64,000 nucleotides of DNA from Alphaproteobacteria bacterium (GCA_964291415.2 OZ219918.1:1-64000); one strand, 5' to 3'; numbered from the stretch's first letter, positions 1 to 10,409 are shown. Translations and numbers: made by a program. Notes: generated from the letters alone by a model not told the origin.

Positions 1-896
1 CCGGCATTGCCGCGGTGCTGGCGCGCTCCGGCATGACCGTCAGGGGCCACGATGCGAGCGCCGGGGCCATCGAGGCAACGCGCCTGAAACTGCCTGCCAT
101 CTCCGGCGTGCTCGACGATCTCGACGTTTCCGCAGAAGGCTCGGCGAGCGATGTCGTGTTGACGGGCAGCCTCGAGGAAGCAGTCGCCGATGCTGATCTC
201 GTCATCGAGAACGTGCCCGAAGAGGTCGATCTCAAGCGCGCGGTTCTGGCGGAGATTGCCGGCCTGGTGTCCGGGGGTTGTGTTCTCGCATCGGATACGT
301 CGGGGATCCCCATCACCAGGCTCCAGGAGGGCCTGCCCTCCCCCGGGCGGGTGGTGGGCATGCACTGGTCCAATCCACCCCACATCATCCCCGTCGTCGA
401 GGTCGTTGCCGGTGACGAGACGTCGGCCGACACGGTCGAATGGATGATGGCGACCGTGCGCCGCCTCAATCTCATCCCGGTGCGCGTGAAGCGCGATGTT
501 CCGGGCTTTGTCGAGAACCGCATTCTCTACGCCGTCATGCGCGAGGCCCTCGACCTTGTCGAGCGCGGCGTGGTCGATGCGGAAGACCTCGATACCTGTG
601 TCAGCTGGGGGATCGGCTACAAGCTGGCGGTCGTCGGCCCGATGAGCCTCCTCGACATGGCCGGGCTCGACATCTATGGCTCCGTGGCAGGCTATCTCAA
701 CCGCGATCTCTGCAGCCGCGGCGATGTCAGCCCGTGGGCGGCAGAGAAGATCGCCGCAGGCCGGCTCGGGCTGAAGACGGGAGAGGGCATCTACGCCTAC
801 GATCGGGGCGAAGCAGCCTCGCTTGCGGCGGCGAGGGCCCGGCGCCTGGTGGCGGTGCGCCGCGCGCTCGAGGCAGCGGGGGAGGGTGAGCCATGA
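1..896 (+). CDS. 5-formyl-3-hydroxy-2-methylpyridine-4-carboxylate 5-dehydrogenase (3-hydroxyacyl-CoA dehydrogenase family), 5' end cut by the window edge
   Basis: Motifs ADLVIENVPE, ASDTSGIPIT, GMHWSNPPHIIP, DVPGFVENR and DLDTCVSWGIGYKLAVVGP closely resemble the Mesorhizobium loti B6-degradation enzyme as I recall it. The frame is open to the window start and the GxGxxG motif is missing, so it lies upstream. Confidence 0.85.
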   Translation, partial: GIAAVLARSGMTVRGHDASAGAIEATRLKLPAISGVLDDLDVSAEGSASDVVLTGSLEEAVADADLVIENVPEEVDLKRAVLAEIAGLVSGGCVLASDTSGIPITRLQEGLPSPGRVVGMHWSNPPHIIPVVEVVAGDETSADTVEWMMATVRRLNLIPVRVKRDVPGFVENRILYAVMREALDLVERGVVDAEDLDTCVSWGIGYKLAVVGPMSLLDMAGLDIYGSVAGYLNRDLCSRGDVSPWAAEKIAAGRLGLKTGEGIYAYDRGEAASLAAARARRLVAVRRALEAAGEGEP

Positions 897-1438
897 ACTG
901 CCGCAAGTCTCTCTTCATCACCGAGACGGTTCACGCGGAAGCCGGTCACGCCGCCCCGGAGCCGGTGACGCGGGTTGCCGCCATCGCCGTCCTTGACAAC
1001 CCGGCGGCAGGGCGCTTCATGGCCGACCTTTCCGATCTCGCCGACATCGGCCTGGCATTCGGCGAAGCCTTTGCCGCCGCTGCCGTGGACATGCTCCGCC
1101 GCGCGCCCGTCGCCTACGGCAAGGCGGCCATCGTCGGTGTCCATGGCGAGGTCGAGCACGCCGCCGGCATCCTCCATCCCAAGCTGGGCAAGCCCATGCG
1201 CGCCGCCTGTGGCGGAGGCGAAGCGCTCATCCCGTCGGTGGCCAAGGTGTCGTCGGCCGGCGCCGCCATCGACGTGCCGCTCGCCCACAAGGACGAGATC
1301 TGGTCATTCAACGAGCTCGACACGATGACGGTCATGGTCGCGGATGCGCCGCGCCCCGACGAGATTCTGGCCGTCATGGTGTTTTCAGACGGCGGACGTC
1401 CGTCCCCGAGGATCGGCAGTGGCCGCGCCGTCGTCTAG
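893..1438 (+). CDS. Amino acid synthesis family protein (AA_synth/DUF1185-like)
   Basis: AAIAVLDNPAAGRF, YGKAAIVGVHGEVEHAA, IDVPLAHKD and DAPRPDEI motifs; ATGA overlap with the upstream gene. Confidence 0.85.
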   Translation: MNCRKSLFITETVHAEAGHAAPEPVTRVAAIAVLDNPAAGRFMADLSDLADIGLAFGEAFAAAAVDMLRRAPVAYGKAAIVGVHGEVEHAAGILHPKLGKPMRAACGGGEALIPSVAKVSSAGAAIDVPLAHKDEIWSFNELDTMTVMVADAPRPDEILAVMVFSDGGRPSPRIGSGRAVV

Positions 1439-1451
1439 CGCGGACCATGCG

Positions 1452-2249
1452 ATGGTGGGAGATCTCGTCGATCTCGATCGCTATCCGATCGCGGATATCG
1501 CGAGTCCCGAGGCGGTCGCACTCGTGCGCGAGGGACGCCGCCGCCTCGCAGCCGACGGTGTCTTCACCATGCCCGGCTTCCTTCACAGCAACGGAGTCGC
1601 GGCCATGGAAGAAGAGGCCGACAGGCTGTGTCGCGAGGGGTTCCGGCGGCTGGACCACCGCAACGCCTTTCCGCCCGGCATGGGCGAGGAGACCCGGGTC
1701 AGCCTTGTCTGCGCAGGCTTCGACCAGATGCCCTTCGAATCGCCGCCGCACCGCCTCTTCCTGTGGGACGGGCTCACGCGGTTCGTGTCGGAGGTGCTGG
1801 AACGGCGTCCCTACTACCGCAACGCGGATGCCATCGCGTCGTGCATGGTGAGCGAGTACGCGTGCGGCGACGAGTTGGGATGGCACTTCGATACCAATGA
1901 CGGTGCGGTCACCATCATGCTTCGCCAGGCGGGTTCCGGCGGCGCCTTCGAGTACATTCCCGACATCCGGCATCGCCCGGACCTTGCCTCCCTCATCGAC
2001 GACCTGGTGGCCGGCCGCTCGTCGCTCGTGCGGGAACTCGATGTGCCGCCGGGTACGCTGACAATCTTCAACGGTTACCGCGCGCTCCACCGGGTCGCAC
2101 CGGTCCGCAGCGCGCCGTCGCGCCGCATGTTGACGCTGAGTTACGAGACGGAGCCCGATCAACTCTTCAGCGACGAGATTCACATGCGCTACTTCGGCCG
2201 CCGACAGCCGCTGACACCGGTTCCGTCCCGCGGGAACACGACCGGTTGA
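1452..2249 (+). CDS. Fe(II)/2-oxoglutarate oxygenase, BesD/HalD-like family (HxD triad, so probably a hydroxylase)
   Basis: VDLDRYPI N-terminus, ELGWHFD, GGAFEYIP, LHRVAPV and R..L.LSY; start set at ATG 1452. Confidence 0.75.
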   Translation: MVGDLVDLDRYPIADIASPEAVALVREGRRRLAADGVFTMPGFLHSNGVAAMEEEADRLCREGFRRLDHRNAFPPGMGEETRVSLVCAGFDQMPFESPPHRLFLWDGLTRFVSEVLERRPYYRNADAIASCMVSEYACGDELGWHFDTNDGAVTIMLRQAGSGGAFEYIPDIRHRPDLASLIDDLVAGRSSLVRELDVPPGTLTIFNGYRALHRVAPVRSAPSRRMLTLSYETEPDQLFSDEIHMRYFGRRQPLTPVPSRGNTTG

Positions 2250-2458
2250 TTCCGGACCGGTCACCGGAGGCTCCTGCCAAACGCGCCGGGAGGAGCCTCA
2301 TGACTGCACTCGAATCCGTCCTCCACGTGTCTGTCGACTGATGGTGCCTGCGCCTGGCATGCAACGGTTCGCAATCAAGCTCGATGGGTTCCGGATGGGC
2401 GCTCACACCTCGAATCGGGGCCAGCCTGATCTTGATCGATTGAGAGTGCCGAGTGGCC

Positions 2459-2938
2459 TCATCGGTCCCGATCTGATCCACGTGTCGAACGCAAGCGCTG
2501 GCCAACCGCGAAGGGGTCATGCGTGGGCAATTCCGGAAACAGGGCGAAGTCGCGGTCTCGCGTAAGCAACGCCTCAACGCCGTGCGCAACGCACACCGCC
2601 GCGATGCGCGCATCGTGAACCACTCCTCCGACGACGTGAGGCCGGTTCACGAACCTTTGCAGGATCTCCAGGAAATCGTCGGTCTCGCCGATCATGCGAC
2701 TCGACGGCGACGCCGCCCAGGCCTGGAACTGGCGCCACGCGTGATCCGGCGTGGTCGCTTCGTCCTTCCAGATGCGACGGTTCGTCACGACGCTCAGGAA
2801 TTCGTAGCAGCATGGCCATGGAATGGCCCAGGCGCGTTCTCCTTCGGCAAGTCGGGTCATGACCGCGTGCGCCGCGTCACCGAGCCGCGATTCACGCCGG
2901 TGCGCATGGACCAGCAGATTGGTGTCAACGGCGATCAC
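2459..2938 (-). CDS. vapC: VapC-family PIN domain toxin
   Basis: [30 protein letters not shown] and LLTRDRDF keep the acidic PIN residues; overlaps the antitoxin stop. Confidence 0.9.
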   Translation of the reverse strand: MIAVDTNLLVHAHRRESRLGDAAHAVMTRLAEGERAWAIPWPCCYEFLSVVTNRRIWKDEATTPDHAWRQFQAWAASPSSRMIGETDDFLEILQRFVNRPHVVGGVVHDARIAAVCVAHGVEALLTRDRDFALFPELPTHDPFAVGQRLRSTRGSDRDR

Positions 2939-3183
2939 CGCGTTCCGGGATCGCCGTAGATCACGTCGCGCAACTCTGGCCAGGAATACTGTTCCAGCGG
3001 ATCGCTCGCATCCGGATCCCCCGTTCTGAGATCGGGCAGCTTGTATCCGCGGTCAGGTGCCCCAGGCGCGAGTGCGCGGCGAAGTCCGTCCTCGATCACA
3101 GCGCGCAGAGGGCGTCCCGTTTCCCTGGCGTGACGCTTGGCCCTCGCCAACAGTTCATCGTGGATGTCCAGCGTCGTCTTCAT
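2935..3183 (-). CDS. VapB-like antitoxin (DUF2191/RHH type)
   Basis: [32 protein letters not shown]; coupled to vapC. Confidence 0.85.
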   Translation of the reverse strand: MKTTLDIHDELLARAKRHARETGRPLRAVIEDGLRRALAPGAPDRGYKLPDLRTGDPDASDPLEQYSWPELRDVIYGDPGTR

Positions 3184-3455
3184 CGGCCCATACTACCCAT
3201 ATCGTTTGATATGGGCAAGGCAGATGACGCAAGCATTCATGTTTCGGCGCAAGAAGGGGGTACTCCCTGTGGTGATGAACAACCCGGCGTGTTGGCTGTT
3301 AGGAGCGTCGCAGGTCAATGCGTCCGCGAAACGAGGCCGGCGCCATGCCATGGAAAGCCTGCGGACACGCAGGCTGCAGAAAGAAGGTCGGCTTGAAGCC
3401 GACTGGAAAACACTCAGGATATCAACAGACGTGAGTGTATCGCTGGAGGATATCC

Positions 3456-3686
3456 ATGCGCGTTTCGAAATGGGGCAACAGTCTTGCGGTGCGCCTGCCC
3501 AGAACTTTGGTGAATGATCTCGGCCTGAAGGCAGGCGACCACCTTGAGATCGTGTCCGCAAGCCCCGAACGCCTCGCCGTTGCCAGCGACGAACGCAGGT
3601 CGCGCGCTATCGAACGAATGCGCGCCCGTGCGCTACCCATCCCTGCCGACAACGTCTTCGACCGGGAGGAAGCCAACGCGCGGTGA
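3456..3686 (+). CDS. AbrB/MazE/SpoVT-family antitoxin
   Basis: MRVSKWGNSLAVRLP motif; GGAGGA RBS just upstream of ATG 3456. Confidence 0.88.
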   Translation: MRVSKWGNSLAVRLPRTLVNDLGLKAGDHLEIVSASPERLAVASDERRSRAIERMRARALPIPADNVFDREEANAR

Positions 3687-3824
3687 CGGTAGTGTTCGCC
3701 ACCAATGTTCCGATGTATGCCCAGGAACCGAGCGCATTGCGAAACGCCCTTTACTGAAGATTACCGGGGCGGCCGTCGGATCGACAGCCTCGTTGTCGTC
3801 AATCCGTTCGCCCCGAAGACGTAG
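3683..3824 (+). pseudogene. Internally deleted PIN/VapC toxin remnant
   Basis: GTG overlaps the antitoxin stop and reads VTVVFATNVPMYA (decayed FxDTNVxxYA). A shifted frame reads CETPFTEDYRGGRRIDSLVVVNPF*, a typical VapC C-terminus; the core is missing. Confidence 0.75.
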
Positions 3825-4127
3825 CCTCTCCCTCCTCAGCTCACCCTCTCCGTGCGTCCGAAGTCGGCGCGTCTGTGCCCACCGCCGTCGCTTCCGGTTC
3901 GCACCAGGCCTTGTCGCCCATTGCGTTCGGCGCGGATGGCTCGTCCATGGTCGCCTGGGAGAAAGGCAATGGCGGCCAATGTCCATCGCAGGGATTCGAA
4001 ACGAGCCACCGGTTACGCTCAGGGGCGCATGACGTGCGGCGTTCCGCGTACGGTGCGACTGCTGTAGGGTTGTGCTGACAGTGCACGGTACGACCGCGCC
4101 TGAAGGGCAGGAAGAAGGGACTTGATC

Positions 4128-5510
4128 ATGGCCGAACACGGACTCCCGGAGACGATGCATGAGGTGGAGAAGGCGGCGGCGCGCCACCTCTGGTTCCACG
4201 GTTCCGAAGAGAACTGGGAAGAACTGACGGAGCAGGAAGGCATGCGGGTGTTCACCCGCGGCGAGGGATCAACGCTCTGGGATGTGCGCGGCCGGGCCTG
4301 TCTTGACGGCCTATCCGGACTCTTCGTCGTCAACGCCGGCCACGGGCGGCGGGAGATCGGTGAGGTCATGGCAGAGCAGGCCGGGCGTGTCGCCTATACG
4401 GCTGCGTCGACCTGCAGCAACGATATGGCGGTCCGCCTTGCCGGGAAACTCTCCGATATCACGCCAGGTGACCTGTCGCGCGTCTTCCTCGTCTCGGGCG
4501 GTTCCGAGGCCGTGGAAACGGCGATCAAGATTGCCCGCCAGGCGCAGGCTATGCGCGGGTTCCCGAGGCGCTACAAGATCATCGCCCGGCGCGGTTCCTA
4601 CCACGGCATGACCCACGGCGCGCTGAGCCTCACCGCGTCACGTGTCGAGAAGTATCATGGCCCCTTCATGTACGGCGTCAGCCATGTGCCCTCGCCCAAC
4701 CGCTACCGCAACGACTTTGGTCTGACGGGCGAAGACGGCGATCTGATGTGCGCGCGCTATGTCGAACAGGAAATCGAGAACCAGGGACCTGAGACCGTTG
4801 CCGCGGTGATCGGCGAACCGGTATCGACCTCCAACGGCAACCACGTGCCGTCGCCCCGCTACTGGCAGATGCTGCGCGACATCTGCGACCGGCACGGCGT
4901 TTTCCTGATCATGGACGAGGTGATCAACGGCTTCGGACGGACCGGCAAGATGTTCGCCGGCGAGCACTTCGGCGTTGTGCCCGACCTGATGACCATCGCC
5001 AAGGGCCTGTCGAGCGGGTATGCGCCGATAGCCGGCGTGATGGCGCGCGAGGAGGTCTTCGAGGGGTTCACCGGAGAAGGAAAGCCCATCGAGCATCTGC
5101 TCACATTCGGCGGGCACGCGGTGGCATCCGCTGCCGCCCTGCGGAACATCCAGATCATCGAGGACGAGAATCTCGTGGAACGCAGCGCCCAGAGCGGCGC
5201 CTACCTCATGGAGGGTCTGCAAACCCTTGAATCCCATCCCACGGTTGGTGACGTGCGGGGCATCGGGCTCATGTGCTCCGTCGACCTCGTGAAGGACAGG
5301 ACGACACGCAAGGCGTGGGGCGCGACTCACGCCTTCACGAAGGATCTTGCGGCACGCATCCGCGACCGCGGTCTGCTGACCCGTGTCTGGGGTGAAATCC
5401 ATCTCGGTCCGCCGCTGGTCATCACCAGGGACGAGATTGATTCCATGGTCGGAATCATCGACGAGAGTCTCACCGAGACAGAGAACCGTTTCGCCTCGGA
5501 GATTGCCTGA
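4128..5510 (+). CDS. Class III PLP aminotransferase (omega-amino acid/polyamine type)
   Basis: DGLSGLFVVNAGHGR, SGGSEAVETAIK, SYHG, DEVINGFGRTG and TIAKGLSSGYAP. Confidence 0.92.
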   Translation: MAEHGLPETMHEVEKAAARHLWFHGSEENWEELTEQEGMRVFTRGEGSTLWDVRGRACLDGLSGLFVVNAGHGRREIGEVMAEQAGRVAYTAASTCSNDMAVRLAGKLSDITPGDLSRVFLVSGGSEAVETAIKIARQAQAMRGFPRRYKIIARRGSYHGMTHGALSLTASRVEKYHGPFMYGVSHVPSPNRYRNDFGLTGEDGDLMCARYVEQEIENQGPETVAAVIGEPVSTSNGNHVPSPRYWQMLRDICDRHGVFLIMDEVINGFGRTGKMFAGEHFGVVPDLMTIAKGLSSGYAPIAGVMAREEVFEGFTGEGKPIEHLLTFGGHAVASAAALRNIQIIEDENLVERSAQSGAYLMEGLQTLESHPTVGDVRGIGLMCSVDLVKDRTTRKAWGATHAFTKDLAARIRDRGLLTRVWGEIHLGPPLVITRDEIDSMVGIIDESLTETENRFASEIA

Positions 5511-5716
5511 CGCCGGTTGAATCCAGGTCAGGCCAGCTGCCTTCCTGCAGTGCGCTCGGTTCTTTCCCAGGGACTGCCGGTCGGTGTGCGTTGCGCCCCG
5601 CGCATCGTCAATCGAGGCTACCCGTTCTCCGGTGTCCGCTCTCTGTGCGGACTTGCAGGGAACTTCGTCCGGAACGCCCGTGACCACCGGCCGTGGAAGG
5701 GAGTTATGCTACGGGT

Positions 5717-5953
5717 GTGAGAACGGCAGTATCCATTCCTGACCACATTTTCGAACGCGCCGAACGATTGGCCTTGCTGGGACGGCGGTCCCGAAGCGAA
5801 GTGTACGCCGCAGCGCTCGACGAGTATCTCGCGCGCCATATGCATGACGAGGTTACCGACGCCATGAACCGGGTATGTGACGAGATTGACGACAATGATG
5901 ACGTCTTCCACGCCGCCGCCGGCAAGCGGGTGCTCGCCGACAGCGAATGGTGA
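5717..5953 (+). CDS. Ribbon-helix-helix antitoxin (MazE/ChpI-like)
   Basis: MRTAVSIPDHIFERAERLA..SRSEVYAAALDEYL; ends SEW overlapping the toxin start. Confidence 0.82.
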   Translation: MRTAVSIPDHIFERAERLALLGRRSRSEVYAAALDEYLARHMHDEVTDAMNRVCDEIDDNDDVFHAAAGKRVLADSEW

Positions 5954-6278
5954 TCTCCCAGGGTGATGTGTGCTGGGCCGGGTTGCCCGAGCCCGCAGGC
6001 TAGGGGCCGGGTATTCGTCGGCCGGTTATCGTCGTCCAGGGGGATGCTCTGAACCGGAGCCGGTTGGCATCCCGCTCACGAGCAGTCTTCGGTGGGCGGA
6101 GGCACCGGGAAACGTGCTGTTGACCGCCGCGATGGCAGGCCTGCCAAGAGATTCCGTCGCGAACGCGACACAGATCGTCGCACTCGACCGGTTGCTTCTC
6201 GAAGCACGCGTTCGCCGGATCGGGTCGGCCAAGCTCGATCTGCTGCTCGCCGGCATCGACACCGTCCTTGGCCGCTGG
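5947..6278 (+). pseudogene. PemK/MazF-family toxin pseudogene
   Basis: MVISQGDVCWAGLPEPAG*(TAG 6001-6003)GPGIRRPVIVVQGDALNRSRL, then a frameshift to IPLTSSLRWAEAPGNVLL..DSVANATQIVALDR..GIDTVLGR. Confidence 0.88.
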
Positions 6279-6728
6279 TCTCGATGTCGTCTTTCCCTGA
6301 AAGCAAGGGTATCGAAATCAGGACCGGGGCGGATTCGGCGGATGATCCGGCAGCCGTCCGCGTGTCGGCCCATCCCTCCCGGCAGAACCCTCTTGCCGTT
6401 ACGCTTGCGTTCCACCCGCGCGCCCGAACATCGAAGCAGCGCAGTCTGAATGGATCACTTGTGGACAACATGAAGGCGGCCACCCGCAGTACGAGGCTGT
6501 CGACCGCCCCTGATGTTGACCACGTGTCGAGAGCGGGAGATCGTGACGGTTTGGTGGCGCGAATGCCGGGAGGGCGATGCCGGGGCTTATGGTGGTGGAT
6601 CGGGTTGGTTGTGAACTGATCATTCGCTGATCCTTGAAGATCAGGTGGACACATGTCCGTTCCCGCCTTACGAACGCCTCTCGCCCCCGGGCCGACCATT
6701 GGCGCAACAAGGAGGAACCAGACCAACG

Positions 6729-7496
6729 ATGTCGAGACCCCGCGTCGGCGTCATCGGCTCCAGGTATCTCGTCAGTGATCACTATGTGACCCAGATGACC
6801 GGGGAGAAGAATCTCTCTGCCGTGGCGGAAGTCGCCGGGGCCCTGCCCTTGATGTTCGCCGGAACGCCCGACATCACCGATGTCGCCTCGCTGATTGATG
6901 CCGTTGACGGAATCCTGCTCACCGGGGCGCGCGCCAACGTTCACCCCTCCTGTTTCAATGTCGATCCTCATCCGGACCACGAACCCTACGACCGGGAACG
7001 GGACACGGTGGCGTTGTCCGTGGCGCAGGCCTGTGTTGAAAGGGGCGTGCCGATCTTTGGCGTGTGCCGCGGCATCCAGGAACTCGGCGTGGCCTTCGGG
7101 AGCGTTCTTCACCCCGAAATCGGTGATCTGCCGGGGCGGATGAATCACCGGGCCCCCCGTCTGGAAAACGGGGAGGTTCATCCCGATCCGGACGTCGTGT
7201 TTGCCGACAGGCACGAGGTCCGTTTCACAGCGGGAGGCGTGTTTGAGGAGATCCTCGGCCGGCAGACCATACGCGTCAATTCGCTCCACGGTCAGTGCAT
7301 CGTGGAGCCGGGAGACCGCGTGATCGTCGAGGGTGTGGCGGAAGACGACACGATCGAGGCGATCCGCATTGCCGACGCGCCGGGCTTCGCTCTGGGAGTG
7401 CAGTGGCACGCCGAGTACGACCCAGAGACCAATCCCGTCAACCGGGCCCTCTTCGAGGCCTTCGGACAGGCACTTCGGGATCACCAGCGGCCGTAG
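6729..7496 (+). CDS. Gamma-glutamyl-gamma-aminobutyrate hydrolase family (peptidase C26, PuuD-like)
   Basis: DGILLTGARANVHP, FGVCRGIQE nucleophile elbow, VNSLHGQ and GVQWHAE. Confidence 0.9.
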   Translation: MSRPRVGVIGSRYLVSDHYVTQMTGEKNLSAVAEVAGALPLMFAGTPDITDVASLIDAVDGILLTGARANVHPSCFNVDPHPDHEPYDRERDTVALSVAQACVERGVPIFGVCRGIQELGVAFGSVLHPEIGDLPGRMNHRAPRLENGEVHPDPDVVFADRHEVRFTAGGVFEEILGRQTIRVNSLHGQCIVEPGDRVIVEGVAEDDTIEAIRIADAPGFALGVQWHAEYDPETNPVNRALFEAFGQALRDHQRP

Positions 7497-7657
7497 CGAC
7501 CGTCCACATCATGACTGAGCAGTTCTGGGGCCCGGGATCCTTGACCATGGTTCAGACCGTTCTGGCGCCGGGTCCTTGGTTTCGTTGTTTTCTGCGGCTG
7601 ACGCGATTCATGATGGGCGTTTCTCTGGAATGCCGGAAGATGAGATAAGGTGTTTCA

Positions 7658-7936
7658 ATGGGCGACTGCTCCTACCTGTTCCTGGATGAGTCCGGCAATT
7701 TCGATTTCGGTTCGCGAGGAACCCGTCATCTGGTGCTAACGAGCGTCGGAATGCGCCGACCGTTTCCTGTGCTGACCAAGCTTGACGACTATCGGCATGA
7801 TTGCATCGAACCGGCAGTGCGCAGCGAACTGCTTTCCGGACCGGCGAGCAGTTGACTTCTGTGCCAGAGGGATGATGGCGTTCGCTGCGAGGATCTTCGA
7901 TGCTGAGCGGGAACGGTGCAGTGCACTACTACGAAC
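7658..7936 (+). pseudogene. DUF3800-domain protein remnant
   Basis: N-terminus YLFLDESGNFDF..GTRHLVLTS is typical of DUF3800; it stops early at 7855. A short GAVHYY piece in another frame resembles a family C-terminus. Confidence 0.7.
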
Positions 7937-7957
7937 ATGTCCGGTGGCCCGCAATGC

Positions 7958-8022
7958 GACCCCCCCGACTACTCCATTGCTGGAGAGAGCGCCCATGGCA
8001 CTCTTGTCATCGGGGGGGAACC
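7958..8022. ncRNA. Candidate DUF3800-associated structured RNA
   Basis: Outer stem CCCCCCCGA (7960-7968) with TCGGGGGGG (8010-8018) encloses hairpins CTCC-attgct-GGAG and AGAGCGCC-cat-GGCACTCT; it directly follows a DUF3800 remnant. Confidence 0.55.
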
Positions 8023-8410
8023 TTTGTCCGCACGACCTATAGCGGATCAACAGCGGTGTCGAGTGATGAAAGTTTACTTAAGGCTAAATCCTGTTCAGCG
8101 GGGCGTGCGCCCAAGCCCGTCCGTTCTGTTTCAAGTTCACTCGATCCGTGATCCTGGTTTCAAGCTGTGAAGGCAGGCGATTGAAGCTGGTGTCGTATCG
8201 GTGTGAGGCATTTCGCCGGTGTTCCAGCAGTACGGGACGTTCCACCTGTTGCTCAGGCGGAACATGACGCGGTTGACAGAACCCTGCCTGTACTTCCCCT
8301 GCGGAGCGGCAACGTATGAAGTGCCGGGCGCGTCGCTTCGATTCACAGCACCGAGGGGTTCATCGGTCGAGTGATGCTCTTCGATGCCGGCATGCCTCTC
8401 ATGGCGTCTG

Positions 8411-9430
8411 TCAGTATCGCATCCTGCCTTCTGAATGCAGCCAGGGAAGCACCGTTTGTCCGAACCGGTCGGTACGCTCGATCACGATCTCCTTGGACAA
8501 TCGATCGTCGATCGCCAACCGCGCTGCCGTCTCCCTGTCGCTGAACGATTCGCGACGGGTGGCATCCTGCTCCCACAACAGGGCCTCACTCCATTGGAGA
8601 ATGTCGGCTCGTTCCGCCATGACTCTGGGATGCATGTGCAGCCATCTCAGGAATGCAATCGCGTTGCGGGTTTTATGCCACAGCCTGCCTTGGTCCAATG
8701 CGTAGTCGATCGCCAGTTCCGGCTCGCTCCAACTGCTGCCATGCCAGATGCCGATCGAAGTGGGCTGTGCATTGCCGCAGAGGGCCTCGGCGATGTAGCC
8801 GTTGTTGACGAACCCCAACCGCAGGCTGGTTGCCGCCTCCACGTACCGCTCCTGACGCAGCAGCAGCAGCGCCCGCTCGTAGCAATAGGGCGGGTACCCC
8901 ATTCCCGCATCAAAATAGGACATCGCCTTCTCATCTTCGCCCACACGCAGGTACTCTGAACCCATCAGAAAGCGAACTCCCTGGCCATCCTCCGGGTTCC
9001 ACATCAGCATCTTTTCCAGCATCTCTATGCTCTCTGCGTGGCGGCCCAGCTTCGATTGGCTGAGAGCGATACCGTGAGCCGAGCGCAGGAACGGGCGGTT
9101 GTCGAGATGTCCCCACGGGATGTGGTCCGTGAATCCGGCCGGCAGCGCGGCCGTGCCCAAGGCGTATCCACGTTCGTAAGCCAGAAGAGCACGCTTGAAC
9201 TCGCCATGCTCGTGAAGGACGTTCCCAATGTGCACGTGGCCGTCGATGAACCAGGGATGTTGCTCGACGAGTTTCTTCAATGCACCCAGATACTGCTTCT
9301 CGCGCAACCGGCCCGTCCGGTGCCCGTGCAGAAGGCCGTCGAACTCTTCCACGACATCGACGTATTGTGCAGGATACCGGAACTCGGCTGCAAAGTCATA
9401 GAGTTCGATGGTGATTGTCATGATTCTCAA
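8411..9430 (-). CDS. Tetratricopeptide-repeat protein, function unknown
   Basis: Long helical ORF with TPR-like segments (HPWFIDGHVHIGN, WGHLDNRPFLR, WNPEDGQGVRFL). Confidence 0.75.
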   Translation of the reverse strand: MRIMTITIELYDFAAEFRYPAQYVDVVEEFDGLLHGHRTGRLREKQYLGALKKLVEQHPWFIDGHVHIGNVLHEHGEFKRALLAYERGYALGTAALPAGFTDHIPWGHLDNRPFLRSAHGIALSQSKLGRHAESIEMLEKMLMWNPEDGQGVRFLMGSEYLRVGEDEKAMSYFDAGMGYPPYCYERALLLLRQERYVEAATSLRLGFVNNGYIAEALCGNAQPTSIGIWHGSSWSEPELAIDYALDQGRLWHKTRNAIAFLRWLHMHPRVMAERADILQWSEALLWEQDATRRESFSDRETAARLAIDDRLSKEIVIERTDRFGQTVLPWLHSEGRMRY

Positions 9431-9668
9431 GTCGCCATGTTGAGGACTCGGCTGACCTTAGCCACATGTGCCGGCGGGGTCATGTGCTCAGGTTCGATCG
9501 GTCGCCGTGTTCCCCATGGAGATTGCAAACGGCACGGATCGGACTCGCTGTTTGCCTCTTGTCGCCAGCCGGCGCATGAGGCCTCGTGGTCATGGCGTGC
9601 GGGCGATGTTTGACAAGGCCGAAACGGATGGAGCATGACATGATGATCAGGATCAGGGAGATGGAACG

Positions 9669-10409
9669 GTGAGACGATTCGAGGGACGTGTGGCGATCGT
9701 GACCGGAGCGGCGAGCGGGATCGGTGCGGCTGCCGCCGCCAGGCTGGCGAGCGAAGGAGCCACCACGGTCTTTGTGGACATCGACGGCAGCGGCGCTGCT
9801 GCCAAGGCCGACGAGGCCGGAGGGTCCGCCCTGGCCCTTCAATGCGACATCGCCGAACCGGACTCGGTCGCTGCTCTCCACCGGGAGGTGCTGGAGAGAT
9901 GCGGCAAGATCGACGTCCTTGTGAATGCTGCTGCCCAGGTGCCGTTCGTCGCCTGGGACGATCTCACCTTCGAGGAATGGCGCCGCGTGCTGCGAGTCAA
10001 TCTCGACGGGCTCTACCTTATGTGCCGCGCCTCGTCGGACGCCATGCGCCAGAACGGCTACGGCCGGATCGTCTCGGTCAGCTCCAATTCGATTTTTGTC
10101 GGGACGCCGAACATGGCGCACTACGTCGCCTCGAAGGGAGGCGTGCTGACATTTTCACGAGCGCTTGCGACCGAGCTGGGCGTCCACAAGATCACTGTCA
10201 ACTGCGTGTGTCCCGGCCTCACCGACACCGAAGGCGTGCGCAAGACCGATCATGTCAACGCCTTCGAGTTCGTCGACATGCTGCAGGCGATCAAGGGACG
10301 CGGGGTGCCCGGGGACATCGTCCCGGCCATCGCCTTCCTTGCGTCCGAGGAAGCGCACTGGATTACCGGTCAGGCCCTGACGGCGGATGCCGGCATGGTG
10401 CGCTGGTAG
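9669..10409 (+). CDS. Pyridoxal 4-dehydrogenase (SDR family)
   Basis: TGAASGIG and YxxxK (YVASK); VPFVAWDD, GTPNMAHYVASKGG, AFEFVDMLQAIKG and DAGMVRW resemble the recalled M. loti enzyme; B6 gene context. Confidence 0.85.
   Translation: MRRFEGRVAIVTGAASGIGAAAAARLASEGATTVFVDIDGSGAAAKADEAGGSALALQCDIAEPDSVAALHREVLERCGKIDVLVNAAAQVPFVAWDDLTFEEWRRVLRVNLDGLYLMCRASSDAMRQNGYGRIVSVSSNSIFVGTPNMAHYVASKGGVLTFSRALATELGVHKITVNCVCPGLTDTEGVRKTDHVNAFEFVDMLQAIKGRGVPGDIVPAIAFLASEEAHWITGQALTADAGMVRW

Noticed and set aside
3841-3950. Short peptide MDEPSAPNAMGDKAWCEPE as a possible RiPP precursor
   Set aside because: No maturation enzymes nearby and no convincing core motif.
6001-6003. In-frame TAG in mazF as possible readthrough or pyrrolysine
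   Set aside because: A further frameshift and a lost stop codon in the same gene indicate decay, and other genes use TAG as a stop.
8137-8346. Short minus-strand ORF that looks like a gene fragment
   Set aside because: No family could be recognised with confidence.
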